Numbered from the stretch's first letter, positions 9,146-20,073 are shown. The stretch is 64,000 bases of DNA from an uncultured bacterium (GCA_937124615.1 CAKZKR010000043.1:1615-65614), one strand, 5' to 3'. Notes: generated from the letters alone by a model not told the origin. Numbers and translations are program-made.

Positions 9146-11680
9146 TTATACCCCCTTACGATTTAATTGAATAAACATTTCCTGCGTTCGGTAAGATTTT
9201 GGAACATAATCAGGAAGCGGTTTTATTTGCTGATGATAGGCATCTAAAAAACTAAACGGCTGGGGGAAATAACTCTCCTCCAATTCTGCGGGAGGAACAA
9301 TCCAATTAGGAGAACCAATAACACAAATAGGAGCATCTAAATAATCAAAGGCTATTTGGCTCAGTTGTCCTGCTACAGTATGCAAATAACTACCTCTCTC
9401 GCATGCATCGCTTGCAAGGATAAGTTTTCCTGTTTTCTTAATAGACTCTACTATAGGATCATAGTTAATTGGAACAAGTGTCTGTCCATCAATCAATTCC
9501 ACACTGATACCATATTCATTCTCAAAACGCTTAACTGCATCCCATGCTCTATAAAGGGTGGCCCCAAAAGTCATGATGGTCAGGTCTTTTCCCTCTTTGA
9601 TAATTTCAGGCTCACCAATGGGCAGTCTGTAATATTCTTTGGGCACTCCTTGTTTATGGAAAATTTCTACTTGATTGTAGAGTCTTTGACTTTCAAAAAA
9701 GATAACAGGGTCACTTCCACTCAAAGCAGAAGCAATAAGTCCCTTAGCAGAATAAGGAGTTGCAGGAAAAACAACTTTCAGTCCCGGCACATGTGCACAT
9801 AATGCAGTCCAATCTTGAGAGTGTTGGGCTCCGTATTTTGCTCCTACAGAAACACGAAGGACCACCGGCATTTTTAATTCCCCTGCAGACATGGCTTGCC
9901 ATTTGGGCAACTGATTAAAGACCTCATCCCCTGCTCGACCCATAAAATCACAATACATCAATTCTACTAACGGCCTACCTCCTTCCATAGCCACACCAAC
10001 TGCTGTACCTACAATAGCTCCTTCAGATATAGGAGAATTGAAAAGGCGATGGTAAGGAATGGCTTCTGTTAATCCCTGATATACAGCAAAAGCACCACCC
10101 CAATCTCGATTTTCTTCGCCGTAAGCAATAAGCCTCGAATCGTGATAGAAGTGATAGAGTATCGACTCAAAAATGGCTTCTCCAAAAGTAACGGCCTGTG
10201 TCGCTTTTAATGGGTTTCCATTTTCATCAATACCTACACGCAATTTTTTTTCTATCTTTTTCAAACGGGGATTATCTTCATAGGGGATTAATACATCAGA
10301 TGGACTCTCAAGTCCAGGGAGATCTTTTTCCTCCCGATTTGAAAACATCAAGTTTGCAAGCCCTGAAGTTTGCGTCAACTTCATACGAGGTGAAATTTCT
10401 AAACTTGTAGCCCGTTGACATGCTTTTCTAACTTTCTTTTGAGCATACGCTTTTATCTTTTCAAGTTCTGTCTCCGTTGCCAATCCGGCGGACTTAATTT
10501 TTTCTGCGAATTCAACAATAGGGTCAACCGATTTCCACATTTCAACTTCTTGATGGTCACGATAGGAAGACTGATCACTGGGAGAATGTCCTGACTGACG
10601 ATAACATATTACATCCAGTAACACAGGTCCCTGTCCATTTTCTATTAATGGGATTTTTCGACGGTATGCATCTGCGACGGCCAATGGATTGTTTCCGTCA
10701 ACAACTTCCGCATGCATATTCTCTGTATTCAGCCCTGCACCTATACGAGCAAGCCGTTCAAAACCTGCTGTTTCTCCGATAGGCTGACCCCCCATTCCAT
10801 AAAAATTGTCCATAAAATTAAATATGATAGGTAAGCCACCTTTATGTTCGTCGTCCCATAAAGTTTTATACTGTCCCATTACAGAGAACATCATTGCTTC
10901 CCACACAGGTCCACAGGCAACAGATGCATCTCCAATGTTCGCAATTGTAACACCGGGTTGTTTGCGAGCCTTCCGGTACAGTGCAGAACCTGTGGCTATA
11001 TCCGCACTACCCCCTACGATCGCATTGGCAGGGTATACCCCAAAAGGAGTAAAGAACGCATGCATGGAACCTCCCATCCCCTTATTAAAACCATACTCAC
11101 GACCAAAAATCTCTGCTAAAAGTCCATATAGAAGAAAATCAACGCCTAATTCTTCTTCTTCGTTAGTTTTTAACAAAACCTTGTTTTTTTCTCCCTTAAT
11201 AACGAGTGGAGACCCATCCGGTTCATAGCTTTCTACAACTTGTAATATTTTACCATCCCAATAGGTTTTCATAATTTCCGTTAAACGATTTCCCGTTAAA
11301 TCATGGATAGCACGCAGTCCCTTAGCGATAATTTCTCCATGACTCCGATGACTACCAAAAATATGGTCATGAACACGAAGGAAAACGCATTCACCGACAG
11401 CACTACCTTCCTGTCCAATTGAAAGGTGTGCCGGTCCCGCATGTTGATACTCGATACCTTCATACGAACCCAATTTCTTAATCTTGTCTAACATGGTCTC
11501 AAATTCACGGATAATCACCATATCACGAAATATTCTAATGGCTACTTCGGGTGTAATCCCTTCATTGGCCTCTAATTCTTGTTTTAGGCTACGCTGGTAT
11601 TGATTTACAGGGATACTTTTTACCTTAATTTCTCCTTTTTTTCGCATTTCTTCAGGAGATATAAGAATTCTCTTTGTCAT
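9146..11680 (-). CDS. fused alpha/beta E1 component of a 2-oxoacid (or acetoin) dehydrogenase, TPP dependent
   Basis: HLSIGQE, GSHRSHG, GGSMH, IGDA...N TPP motif, YRQSGHS; beta half ISEGAIVG, GAQHSQ. Confidence 0.9.
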   Translation of the reverse strand: MTKRILISPEEMRKKGEIKVKSIPVNQYQRSLKQELEANEGITPEVAIRIFRDMVIIREFETMLDKIKKLGSYEGIEYQHAGPAHLSIGQEGSAVGECVFLRVHDHIFGSHRSHGEIIAKGLRAIHDLTGNRLTEIMKTYWDGKILQVVESYEPDGSPLVIKGEKNKVLLKTNEEEELGVDFLLYGLLAEIFGREYGFNKGMGGSMHAFFTPFGVYPANAIVGGSADIATGSALYRKARKQPGVTIANIGDASVACGPVWEAMMFSVMGQYKTLWDDEHKGGLPIIFNFMDNFYGMGGQPIGETAGFERLARIGAGLNTENMHAEVVDGNNPLAVADAYRRKIPLIENGQGPVLLDVICYRQSGHSPSDQSSYRDHQEVEMWKSVDPIVEFAEKIKSAGLATETELEKIKAYAQKKVRKACQRATSLEISPRMKLTQTSGLANLMFSNREEKDLPGLESPSDVLIPYEDNPRLKKIEKKLRVGIDENGNPLKATQAVTFGEAIFESILYHFYHDSRLIAYGEENRDWGGAFAVYQGLTEAIPYHRLFNSPISEGAIVGTAVGVAMEGGRPLVELMYCDFMGRAGDEVFNQLPKWQAMSAGELKMPVVLRVSVGAKYGAQHSQDWTALCAHVPGLKVVFPATPYSAKGLIASALSGSDPVIFFESQRLYNQVEIFHKQGVPKEYYRLPIGEPEIIKEGKDLTIMTFGATLYRAWDAVKRFENEYGISVELIDGQTLVPINYDPIVESIKKTGKLILASDACERGSYLHTVAGQLSQIAFDYLDAPICVIGSPNWIVPPAELEESYFPQPFSFLDAYHQQIKPLPDYVPKSYRTQEMFIQLNRKGV

Positions 11681-11851
11681 TTTTTTTCCTTTTGCTATAC
11701 AATGAGATTTGAATGCCTATATGCAATAGATATTGCCTGTAAAAACAATATAGTATAAAACAATAGTATAAAAACTTACAAGTGGAATGATTTCTGTCTT
11801 TACAATAGAAGGTGATTATTTTTATATAAGAACCAACTACACCTTCTTAGA

Positions 11852-12415
11852 TTATCTGACATTCTTAATCAATTTATGAATCTCTCGTTTTATTTTTGAG
11901 TCCGTAAGGGACGAATAACCTAAAAAATAATTATGAACTTTCAAATTACTGTCCAAAACAAAAATAGAAGGAATTCTATCAAACAAAAATTTTTTACTGG
12001 CTTCTTCCTCTTTATCTGAGATTAGAATATTAACCGCATTTATATTATTCTCATCAATAAACTTTTTGATTCTATCTATATTGCCATCCCATACATTTAT
12101 TCCAAGGAATACCACTTGATTGGGGTCATATTCGCGTGCCAACTTTTCCAGATTCGGCAATGCTTTTACACAAGGACCGCACCAAGTAGCCCAAAAATCA
12201 ATGACAATTGCCTTTTTCCCTGCAAAAGTAGATAATTTTACCTCTGCACCATCAATCTTTTTAACTGTTAAATCCGGCGCTTTTTGACCATTTAAAGGAT
12301 GTGATTCCCCACTAATTGATAGGAAAGGTATTATAAAATACCCGGCCATTACAACAATTATCACTACCACAATAATTTTTTGTTTACGCGTGAACACATT
12401 TTGCCTCCCTCTCAA
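11852..12415 (-). CDS. TlpA-like thiol:disulfide oxidoreductase
   Basis: [11 protein letters not shown]-terminal TM. Confidence 0.88.
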   Translation of the reverse strand: MRGRQNVFTRKQKIIVVVIIVVMAGYFIIPFLSISGESHPLNGQKAPDLTVKKIDGAEVKLSTFAGKKAIVIDFWATWCGPCVKALPNLEKLAREYDPNQVVFLGINVWDGNIDRIKKFIDENNINAVNILISDKEEEASKKFLFDRIPSIFVLDSNLKVHNYFLGYSSLTDSKIKREIHKLIKNVR

Positions 12416-12437
12416 AATCTTATTACTTATTATACCA

Positions 12438-13580
12438 CTACTTTAATGCCTCTAATATCTCCTTTTTCAATTCTTCTTTCATCTCTGCTGAAAAACCTGT
12501 ATGCCCTGATTTGATAAAACCATCTTTACCAATTACCACCAACCGGGGTATACTTTTTACCCTGTATAAATCCGCAACTCCACCATCCTTATCCATAAGA
12601 ACAGGAATAGATATTCCTATCTTTTTGAGAAAACTTGTTATCTTTTCTTTTTCTTCTCCAAGATTAACAGCAAAGAAAACAACCTCTTTATCTTTTAATT
12701 CCTTGCTTACATCTTGAATAGCAGGCATCGCCATTCTGCAGGGACCACACCAACTCGCCCAAAAATCTAACACAACAACTTTTTTACCATGAAAATCCTT
12801 CAGAGAGACTTTTTCTCCATCTAAAGTCGGAAGAGTAAATTCCGGAGCTTTCTCTCCTACCATTTCTTTTCCTGCTTTGCTCGCTCCAGCAGGTGGATTA
12901 AACTTAAAAACACTCTCATCCGTAACTGAATTGACTTTCCAGTCATCAAAATAGATATTCATCGTACCGCCTGACGAGACTTGTGTTGCAGGAATTTCAG
13001 ATTGTACTCGTGTAATTTTTGGTTCACTCTCCATTGAAAACCACATATTAACTTCATCATTATTATCGACCTGGATTTGAAATTGTTTTTCTTTCTTTTC
13101 TGTTTGATTATCCGTCGGGGGGGTAACCTGTTTTATTGTAAGAGATGAAATCTGTTCTAAATCCCCAAAAACGATTGAATCTAAAAAATTAGGTGCACCA
13201 ATAAGCATAAACAAATTAATATTTCCGGGAGCATCTCTTTCTATATATCTTTTATCTTTATCGGAATAGATTGTTAAACCCGAGCCATTTCGAAAAACCT
13301 GAATATTCCCCTGTTGAGTGTCCAGTGATAAAAAATTTAGTTTATCTCCCTTTGTAATAACTTTAAACTTCTGTTCAATTTCTGATGCTTTTTTTGATGT
13401 ATCGTTAGAATTTATAGAATATATTATCTTTCCCTGAACTTCATACGATTCAGCATTTTTTAAGGATTTCAAAGCATCAAAAAATACTTGCTTACTTTCT
13501 TTTCCTTCATCTGCTTGAATAGAGAAAACGACAACAGAAAAAACAACTATAATGAGTTTTATAATTCTTGTAACTTTCAT
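12438..13580 (-). CDS. secreted LolA-like (DUF2092-type) domain fused to a TlpA redoxin
   Basis: signal peptide; FKFNPPAGA end of LolA-like domain; [10 protein letters not shown]. Confidence 0.8.
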   Translation of the reverse strand: MKVTRIIKLIIVVFSVVVFSIQADEGKESKQVFFDALKSLKNAESYEVQGKIIYSINSNDTSKKASEIEQKFKVITKGDKLNFLSLDTQQGNIQVFRNGSGLTIYSDKDKRYIERDAPGNINLFMLIGAPNFLDSIVFGDLEQISSLTIKQVTPPTDNQTEKKEKQFQIQVDNNDEVNMWFSMESEPKITRVQSEIPATQVSSGGTMNIYFDDWKVNSVTDESVFKFNPPAGASKAGKEMVGEKAPEFTLPTLDGEKVSLKDFHGKKVVVLDFWASWCGPCRMAMPAIQDVSKELKDKEVVFFAVNLGEEKEKITSFLKKIGISIPVLMDKDGGVADLYRVKSIPRLVVIGKDGFIKSGHTGFSAEMKEELKKEILEALK

Positions 13581-13608
13581 AAATATCCTTTCTTTATTTT
13601 AATATTTT

Positions 13609-14763
13609 CTACAACTCTTCCCACGGATTTGTAAATTGGTCTCGAGCAGAAGAAGGTTCCGGAATTTTCTTTTCATAGACTTCTACATTATGTAATCTCC
13701 TTAATTCCTCCATCTTCTTTGCAATCAAAATGGGGGGTATAAGCAAATGCTTGACCTCATCAATAGAAGGTGTTCTCTCGGGACGATGTTCAAGCACTTT
13801 TAATACTACATAAGAATCGGGCATCACTTGTGCTATCATTTTCCCTGTTCCATCTTGAGCCATACTTTGAAACTCAGGCATGTACACAGGACCTAAAATA
13901 GTACCTTCCTCTGCATCTTCAGCCAAAGACCAGAAACCGCGAAAACGGGCTGAATTGGGGTTATTTTCAATCTCACTTTCACTAATTATAATATTTTTTA
14001 TCTCGGGAGCAATTACAACAGACTCTTTTTGCATCAGCAGTTCATTCACTAAATTATCAAAATCCTTGCCTTTGTCTATCTGTTTTCGATATTCAGAACA
14101 TATATTTGCTGAATTTGGAATTGATGTCGGAACAAATATTCCACGAAATCTTATTGTCTCAAAAAAATGATAATTATCTTTTTTTAAGTTATATTCCCGT
14201 TCTATCTCTTCCTGTGATACATCCAATTTTCCTGCTTTAACATCTTCCCCTACCAAATAAACTATCGCCTGGTCACCCAAAAGCCTTTCATAAATTTTAT
14301 CTGTCTCTTGTTCTATATATTCTTTCATTGTGCGGAGTGTGGCAGGGGTTAAGTTATATACTTGCATGAGAGGGGTTATAGCATCACCTTCAGGTATGGG
14401 AATATCCCAAATTGCTCTTAATTGTTCTTGCTCATCACCCGCTAAACGAAAGAATTGTTCCCTTGCCAGATCACGATTTAATGTAATCTTTCCTTCTTCC
14501 GCTAATTTTTTACCTAATGGAATTTTTATCCTCAGGTCAATTTGTTGGTTTAATACACGCAGGAAATCTCCCCGACTGGTAATTTTAGGTCTTTCACGGT
14601 CATCCATTTCACGAAGAATTTTATACAAATCCCCTCTTGTAATGTATTCATTATCTATCCGTGCTATTCTAATGGTCTCCGGGTCCCCTATCTTTCCACA
14701 AGCAGAAATAACAAATAACAAGATTACAACTAATAATTTTCCTGTTCTAATAAGCCCATTCAT
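13609..14763 (-). CDS. SurA/PrsA-like foldase lipoprotein (divergent parvulin)
   Basis: lipobox ISAC; IARIDNEYIT; VSQEEIEREY; parvulin-like C-terminus. Confidence 0.65.
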   Translation of the reverse strand: MNGLIRTGKLLVVILLFVISACGKIGDPETIRIARIDNEYITRGDLYKILREMDDRERPKITSRGDFLRVLNQQIDLRIKIPLGKKLAEEGKITLNRDLAREQFFRLAGDEQEQLRAIWDIPIPEGDAITPLMQVYNLTPATLRTMKEYIEQETDKIYERLLGDQAIVYLVGEDVKAGKLDVSQEEIEREYNLKKDNYHFFETIRFRGIFVPTSIPNSANICSEYRKQIDKGKDFDNLVNELLMQKESVVIAPEIKNIIISESEIENNPNSARFRGFWSLAEDAEEGTILGPVYMPEFQSMAQDGTGKMIAQVMPDSYVVLKVLEHRPERTPSIDEVKHLLIPPILIAKKMEELRRLHNVEVYEKKIPEPSSARDQFTNPWEEL

Positions 14764-14838
14764 ATAAATATTTCCAACCTTTTTTAGTATGATTATATTA
14801 TTTTACAAAGGGAAAAAGGTAATAAGATATATAGGATA

Positions 14839-17022
14839 TCAAAGCAAAGTTGTTAACTTCTGCCGTATCCTTTCCAATTTTTCTCTTTCACCACTACGAT
14901 TATATAAATCTTGCATACTCCTCAGAACTAATATAACAGAAGGATCTTTTTCACCCCATGTTTTTTGCCAAATTTCTAAAGCCTTCATATAATAAAGTTC
15001 AGACTCTTTAAATTGCTTCATCTCAAGATATAACAATCCCATATTGTTATAAGTTGTTGCCAATTCAGGGTAATTGGGCCCTAAAAATTGCTGTTTAATT
15101 GCCAGCGCATCCTTGAAGAAAACCTCTGATTCCTTATAGCGTTTCATATCACAGTAAAGTGAGGCTAGATTATTCATTGTTTTCGCTACTTCAATATGCT
15201 GAGAACCGAAAAGTCTGCGTTTCATTTCCAGGGATTTTAAATAATAATCTTCCGCTTCTTTATAACGCCGTTGAGACTGATATACCCCAGCTAAATTGTT
15301 CATAGCCCTTGCTAAATCGGGGTGGTCAATGTCTCCAAATGCTGTTTTCCAGATGGTAATAGAACGCAGATACAAAGGTTCAGCAGAGGCATATTTCCCT
15401 TGTGCCAGATACAACGCTTCTAAATCTTGAAGTATTGTTGCAACTTCGGGATGAAGAGGTCCCAATACCTTCTCACGAATTTCCAGAGCACGACGATACA
15501 AACTCTCCGCAGGCGGGTATTTTTCTTGACACTCAAATAGACGGGCTAATTGATGGTATAAAGTAGCCACAGCGTTGTTGAAGGTACCTAAACTCTTTTC
15601 TAAAATCTGTAATGCCTGCCTGTAAAACCGTTCCGCATCTTCATATCTTCTTTCTGTTTGCCGTAGTTCACCTATGTTTGCAAGGACCATCGCTACATTG
15701 GGATGTTCAGGACCCGATATTCTACGCCACAAGTCAATTGCATCAAAATATAATTTCTCCGCTTCTATAAATCTTTCCTGAAAACGATAGGTCTCTGCCA
15801 AATTGTTTAATGTCGTTGCGACATTTGGATGTTCAGGTCCGTAAATCTTCTTCCAGATTTCTAATGCCCGTTTATAATTCTTCTCTGACTCCTCCAATCT
15901 TCCTAAAAATTTTAGCACCTCTGCCCAGATACACAAAGCATTACCTACATGAATGTCTTCAGGACCATAGACCTCCTCCCAGATTTCGAGACACTTAACA
16001 CAAAGTGGTTCCGCTTTTTGTGGGAAACCCTGTACTTTGTATAACTCTGCCAATTGATGACAGGTAATAGCAATATCCGGATGCTTCGGAGGTAATATAT
16101 TCTGTTTGATAGATAATGCTTCCTGATACAATTTTTCCGCATCATAGAATTTACCGACAACACGGTAATATCCTGCTAAATTATGAATGACACGGGCTAC
16201 ATCTATATTCGAACCGCCCCATATGGTTTTATATAAATGAAGAGCGCGTTCTGTATATGAAATAGCCTCATTAACCTTTCCCTGTCCGTGACACAGTACA
16301 CCCAAAGCATTTAATGTAAATGCAGTCTCTGGATGATTCGGTCCTAATGTATTCTCCCGTATCTCCAGTGCCCTCCGATATAATGATTCTGCCAGAACTA
16401 AATCGTTCCTTTGGCGATATATATCCCCTAATAATTGAACCGTAGCAGCCACATCATGATGAAAAGGTCCGAGAATCTTTTCACGAATATCCAATGATTC
16501 CTGACAACGCTTTTCTGCTTCTGCATATTTTCCCATTGTTAAATACAGTCCTGCAAGATTATACAAAGAACGAGCCACATCCGCATGTCTCTGCCCTAAC
16601 ACCCTTCTTCTAATTTCCAATGCGTTACTATGTGCTTTTTCGGCTTCCTCATATTTCTTCTGTTCATGACAAATTACACCCAATGTATGCCAGCTATTTG
16701 CTACATCCTCATGCATATCACCCAGATACTTCCTGCGAACATCTAACGACCTCTGAGCATATCTCTCCGCATCAGAATATTTTTTCAACCCCCTTAATAT
16801 CTCCGCCATATTATTTAAACTAATAGCATACCTGGGGTCACTCTCTTCAAAATTTTGTTCCGCATATTGCAAAGCCTCCTGAGCAAGTGGCAAGGCCTGG
16901 GTAAATAACCTTGATTTAAATAATTCCACCACCATTGAAATTTTGCTTTGCCATTCTTTTTCAAGAATATCACTCAGCGATGTCCCCCCAATACCTATTT
17001 CATTGGACATCTCGTTATCCAT
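14839..17022 (-). CDS. tetratricopeptide repeat protein (42-aa kinesin-light-chain-type repeats)
   Basis: about 16 repeats of HPxVAxxLxNLAxxYxxQxxYxxAExLYxRALEIxEKxLG. Confidence 0.93.
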   Translation of the reverse strand: MDNEMSNEIGIGGTSLSDILEKEWQSKISMVVELFKSRLFTQALPLAQEALQYAEQNFEESDPRYAISLNNMAEILRGLKKYSDAERYAQRSLDVRRKYLGDMHEDVANSWHTLGVICHEQKKYEEAEKAHSNALEIRRRVLGQRHADVARSLYNLAGLYLTMGKYAEAEKRCQESLDIREKILGPFHHDVAATVQLLGDIYRQRNDLVLAESLYRRALEIRENTLGPNHPETAFTLNALGVLCHGQGKVNEAISYTERALHLYKTIWGGSNIDVARVIHNLAGYYRVVGKFYDAEKLYQEALSIKQNILPPKHPDIAITCHQLAELYKVQGFPQKAEPLCVKCLEIWEEVYGPEDIHVGNALCIWAEVLKFLGRLEESEKNYKRALEIWKKIYGPEHPNVATTLNNLAETYRFQERFIEAEKLYFDAIDLWRRISGPEHPNVAMVLANIGELRQTERRYEDAERFYRQALQILEKSLGTFNNAVATLYHQLARLFECQEKYPPAESLYRRALEIREKVLGPLHPEVATILQDLEALYLAQGKYASAEPLYLRSITIWKTAFGDIDHPDLARAMNNLAGVYQSQRRYKEAEDYYLKSLEMKRRLFGSQHIEVAKTMNNLASLYCDMKRYKESEVFFKDALAIKQQFLGPNYPELATTYNNMGLLYLEMKQFKESELYYMKALEIWQKTWGEKDPSVILVLRSMQDLYNRSGEREKLERIRQKLTTLL

Positions 17023-17131
17023 TCACTATAACTCCCGGTGAAAATTTCTCATTGTCTCTAAATGTATTATTCCACAATCGGTGCTAAATTTTTAATCATT
17101 ATAACAAAAAATTTCTGTCAACAATAATCTT

Positions 17132-17494
17132 TTAACCCCTATCTTCTTTTTTAGATATTAATGACCGTAAAAACTCTTCAACTATTTTATTCTTATTCTC
17201 TTCTGCAATATTTTTCCTCTCTACAACTTTTATCGGAGATTGGATATATTCCCTGTGGCAAGAGGGACAAAGGTCGAACTCAAAACTTTTATAAATTTGT
17301 TCTTCAAGTTCATCAGCACTCATCTGCTCCATCTTTTTGATTAATTGTAGTATCTCCTGCTGATGGTGTTGAATTAAATCAATTAAATGAATTTCATTTT
17401 GCTCATATATTGCGGATACCTCAATCTTAACACGATAGCGGAGTTCCTCCTTATTTAAATTTCTGCCACACCCATCACATTTATAAAAAGTCAT
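17132..17494 (-). CDS. hypothetical zinc-binding protein
   Basis: N-terminal CDGC and internal DLCPSC Cys pairs; GGAG RBS. Confidence 0.75.
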   Translation of the reverse strand: MTFYKCDGCGRNLNKEELRYRVKIEVSAIYEQNEIHLIDLIQHHQQEILQLIKKMEQMSADELEEQIYKSFEFDLCPSCHREYIQSPIKVVERKNIAEENKNKIVEEFLRSLISKKEDRG

Positions 17495-17551
17495 TCATCT
17501 AACTCCACATTTATTAATAATATATAATACAGATAAAAAAGGAACTCACTC

Positions 17552-17588
17552 AAAAAAAATGGCGTCATAACTGGATAGGTTATGACGC
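17552..17588 (-). terminator. intrinsic terminator
   Basis: perfect 10-bp stem GCGTCATAAC/GTTATGACGC (17562-17588) followed on the - strand by CATTTTTTTT. Confidence 0.85.
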
Positions 17589-17676
17589 ACTCAAGGAGGT
17601 AAGAACATGAGACTGTTTACCCGATAGGCGTGTATTCTTCAGGCTACATTGATGTATTCAACTGTCTCATATTCAT
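17552..17676 (-). ncRNA. candidate sigma28-dependent small RNA A (about 125 nt) with exposed anti-SD ACCUCCUU
   Basis: sigma28 promoter at 17683-17709; long 5' stem GAAUAUGAGACAGUU/AACAGUCUCAUGUUC; terminator hairpin plus U8. Confidence 0.6.
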
Positions 17677-17682
17677 AAATAT

Positions 17683-17709
17683 TTATCGGCAAAAAAAGAA
17701 AATACTTTA
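17683..17709 (-). promoter_or_regulatory. sigma28 (FliA/SigD) promoter
   Basis: TAAA-N15-GCCGATAA on the - strand, exact consensus. Confidence 0.8.
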
Positions 17710-17825
17710 CTTATTCTCCGATTTTATACTTGTTATCTTAAATAGAATCCACTTAATCCAATTGCAATTCCATTATAAAATTTCGATAAATTTTATACAC
17801 AGCGTCCGTCTATTTTTTAATTAAT

Positions 17826-17863
17826 ATAAAATAAGAACGCCACGACAGTTTACTGTCATGGCG
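17826..17863 (-). terminator. intrinsic terminator
   Basis: 11-bp stem CGCCAUGACAG-UAAA-CUGUCGUGGCG (one U:G pair valid on the - strand) followed by UUCUUAUUUU. Confidence 0.8.
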
Positions 17864-17942
17864 CTATTCTGGATGCTTGTCCTCTATGGGACACTCTTGA
17901 CTTCCCTGTCTTTTGCCTCAACCTCCATGTGTCGGCTTCCAT
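17826..17942 (-). ncRNA. candidate sigma28-dependent CsrA/RsmA-binding small RNA B (about 115 nt)
   Basis: sigma28 promoter at 17949-17975; three ANGGA motifs (AUGGA, ac-AUGGAG-gu, gac-AGGGAA-guc) plus a fourth GGA; terminator hairpin. Confidence 0.6.
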
Positions 17943-17948
17943 TATTTA

Positions 17949-17975
17949 ATATCGGCAGAATAAATTTTTTCTTTA
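17949..17975 (-). promoter_or_regulatory. sigma28 (FliA/SigD) promoter
   Basis: TAAA-N15-GCCGATAT on the - strand. Confidence 0.78.
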
Positions 17976-18102
17976 ATAAAAATTATTCCCAATTTGCGGA
18001 ACTAATAAGGAATCTTCTCTGTTTCAGTAAAATAAGGTTTGCCTTTTGAAAAGTTTTTTTATTAAACTTTTAGTTTCAAGTCAAAGTATTAAGGGGAATA
18101 TT

Positions 18103-19059
18103 ATGAAAATATTAATAACAGGTGTAGCAGGGTTTATTGGTTCGAACCTTGCGGACCAACTTATCGCATGTAAAAACGAGGTTGTTGGAATTGACGATTT
18201 TAGCCCAACCTATGATCCACAGATAAAACGCAGATATATAGAAAATGCTTCCAAATCAGAACTTTTTACTTTATATGAAGCCAATATATGCGATAGAGAA
18301 ACTGTCTATGAGATTTTTGAAAGACAAAAACCGGATGTTGTTGTTCATCTTGCAGCACGTGCCGGTGTCCGTCCCTCACTCGAACACCCTGAGGAATACT
18401 ACAGGGTTAATATAATTGGTTCACAAAACATATTGGATGCCTGTCGTGACATTCGTCCATCGCATCTAGTTTTTGCCTCCAGTTCATCTGTATACGGAGG
18501 TAGCAAAGCCATCCCCTATTCGGAAGAAGACCCTGTTATGTTCCCGATCAGTCCGTATGCAGTAACGAAACGAACAAATGAACTTCAATCTCATGTGTAT
18601 AGTTCAATTTATGGTTTGAATATAACAATGCTTCGTTTTTTTACGGTATATGGTCCTCGTCAAAGACCGGATATGGGGATACATAAATTTACAAAACAAA
18701 TTATTGATGGAAATCCAGTAGTATTATTTGGTGATGGGACTTCAGCCCGAGATTATACTTATATCGATGATATTCTGGATGGTATTATGAAAAGTATAGA
18801 AAGACCTTTCCGATATGAAATTTTTAATTTAGGTGAGAGCCGAACAACAAAACTCATTGATCTTATCGAACTGATTTCAAAATGTATAGGGAAACCTGCA
18901 AAAATTGAATGGCAACCTTATCAACCCGGTGATGTTGAAATTACCTATGCAGATATTACTCACGCCTGCACCTTACTTAATTACAAACCCTGTATCCCCG
19001 TAGAAGAGGGTATTCGAAGGTATGTTCACTGGTTTAAAAAATTTTACAATATCGATTAG
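18103..19059 (+). CDS. UDP-glucuronate 4-epimerase-like SDR
   Basis: MKILITGVAGFIG, HLAARAGVRPS, SPYAVTK, RFFTVYGPRQRPDM; ATG 18103 after GGGGA. Confidence 0.88.
   Translation: MKILITGVAGFIGSNLADQLIACKNEVVGIDDFSPTYDPQIKRRYIENASKSELFTLYEANICDRETVYEIFERQKPDVVVHLAARAGVRPSLEHPEEYYRVNIIGSQNILDACRDIRPSHLVFASSSSVYGGSKAIPYSEEDPVMFPISPYAVTKRTNELQSHVYSSIYGLNITMLRFFTVYGPRQRPDMGIHKFTKQIIDGNPVVLFGDGTSARDYTYIDDILDGIMKSIERPFRYEIFNLGESRTTKLIDLIELISKCIGKPAKIEWQPYQPGDVEITYADITHACTLLNYKPCIPVEEGIRRYVHWFKKFYNID

Positions 19060-20072
<1,013 letters not shown>

Positions 20073-20073
<1 letters not shown>

Noticed and set aside
14839..17022. 126-bp periodicity as a DNA repeat array
   Set aside because: explained by degenerate 42-aa TPR protein repeats
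17630..18049. + strand ORFs 17630-17824 and 17858-18049
   Set aside because: no RBS, low-complexity translations, and they overlap the - strand promoters and terminators; the sRNA reading fits better
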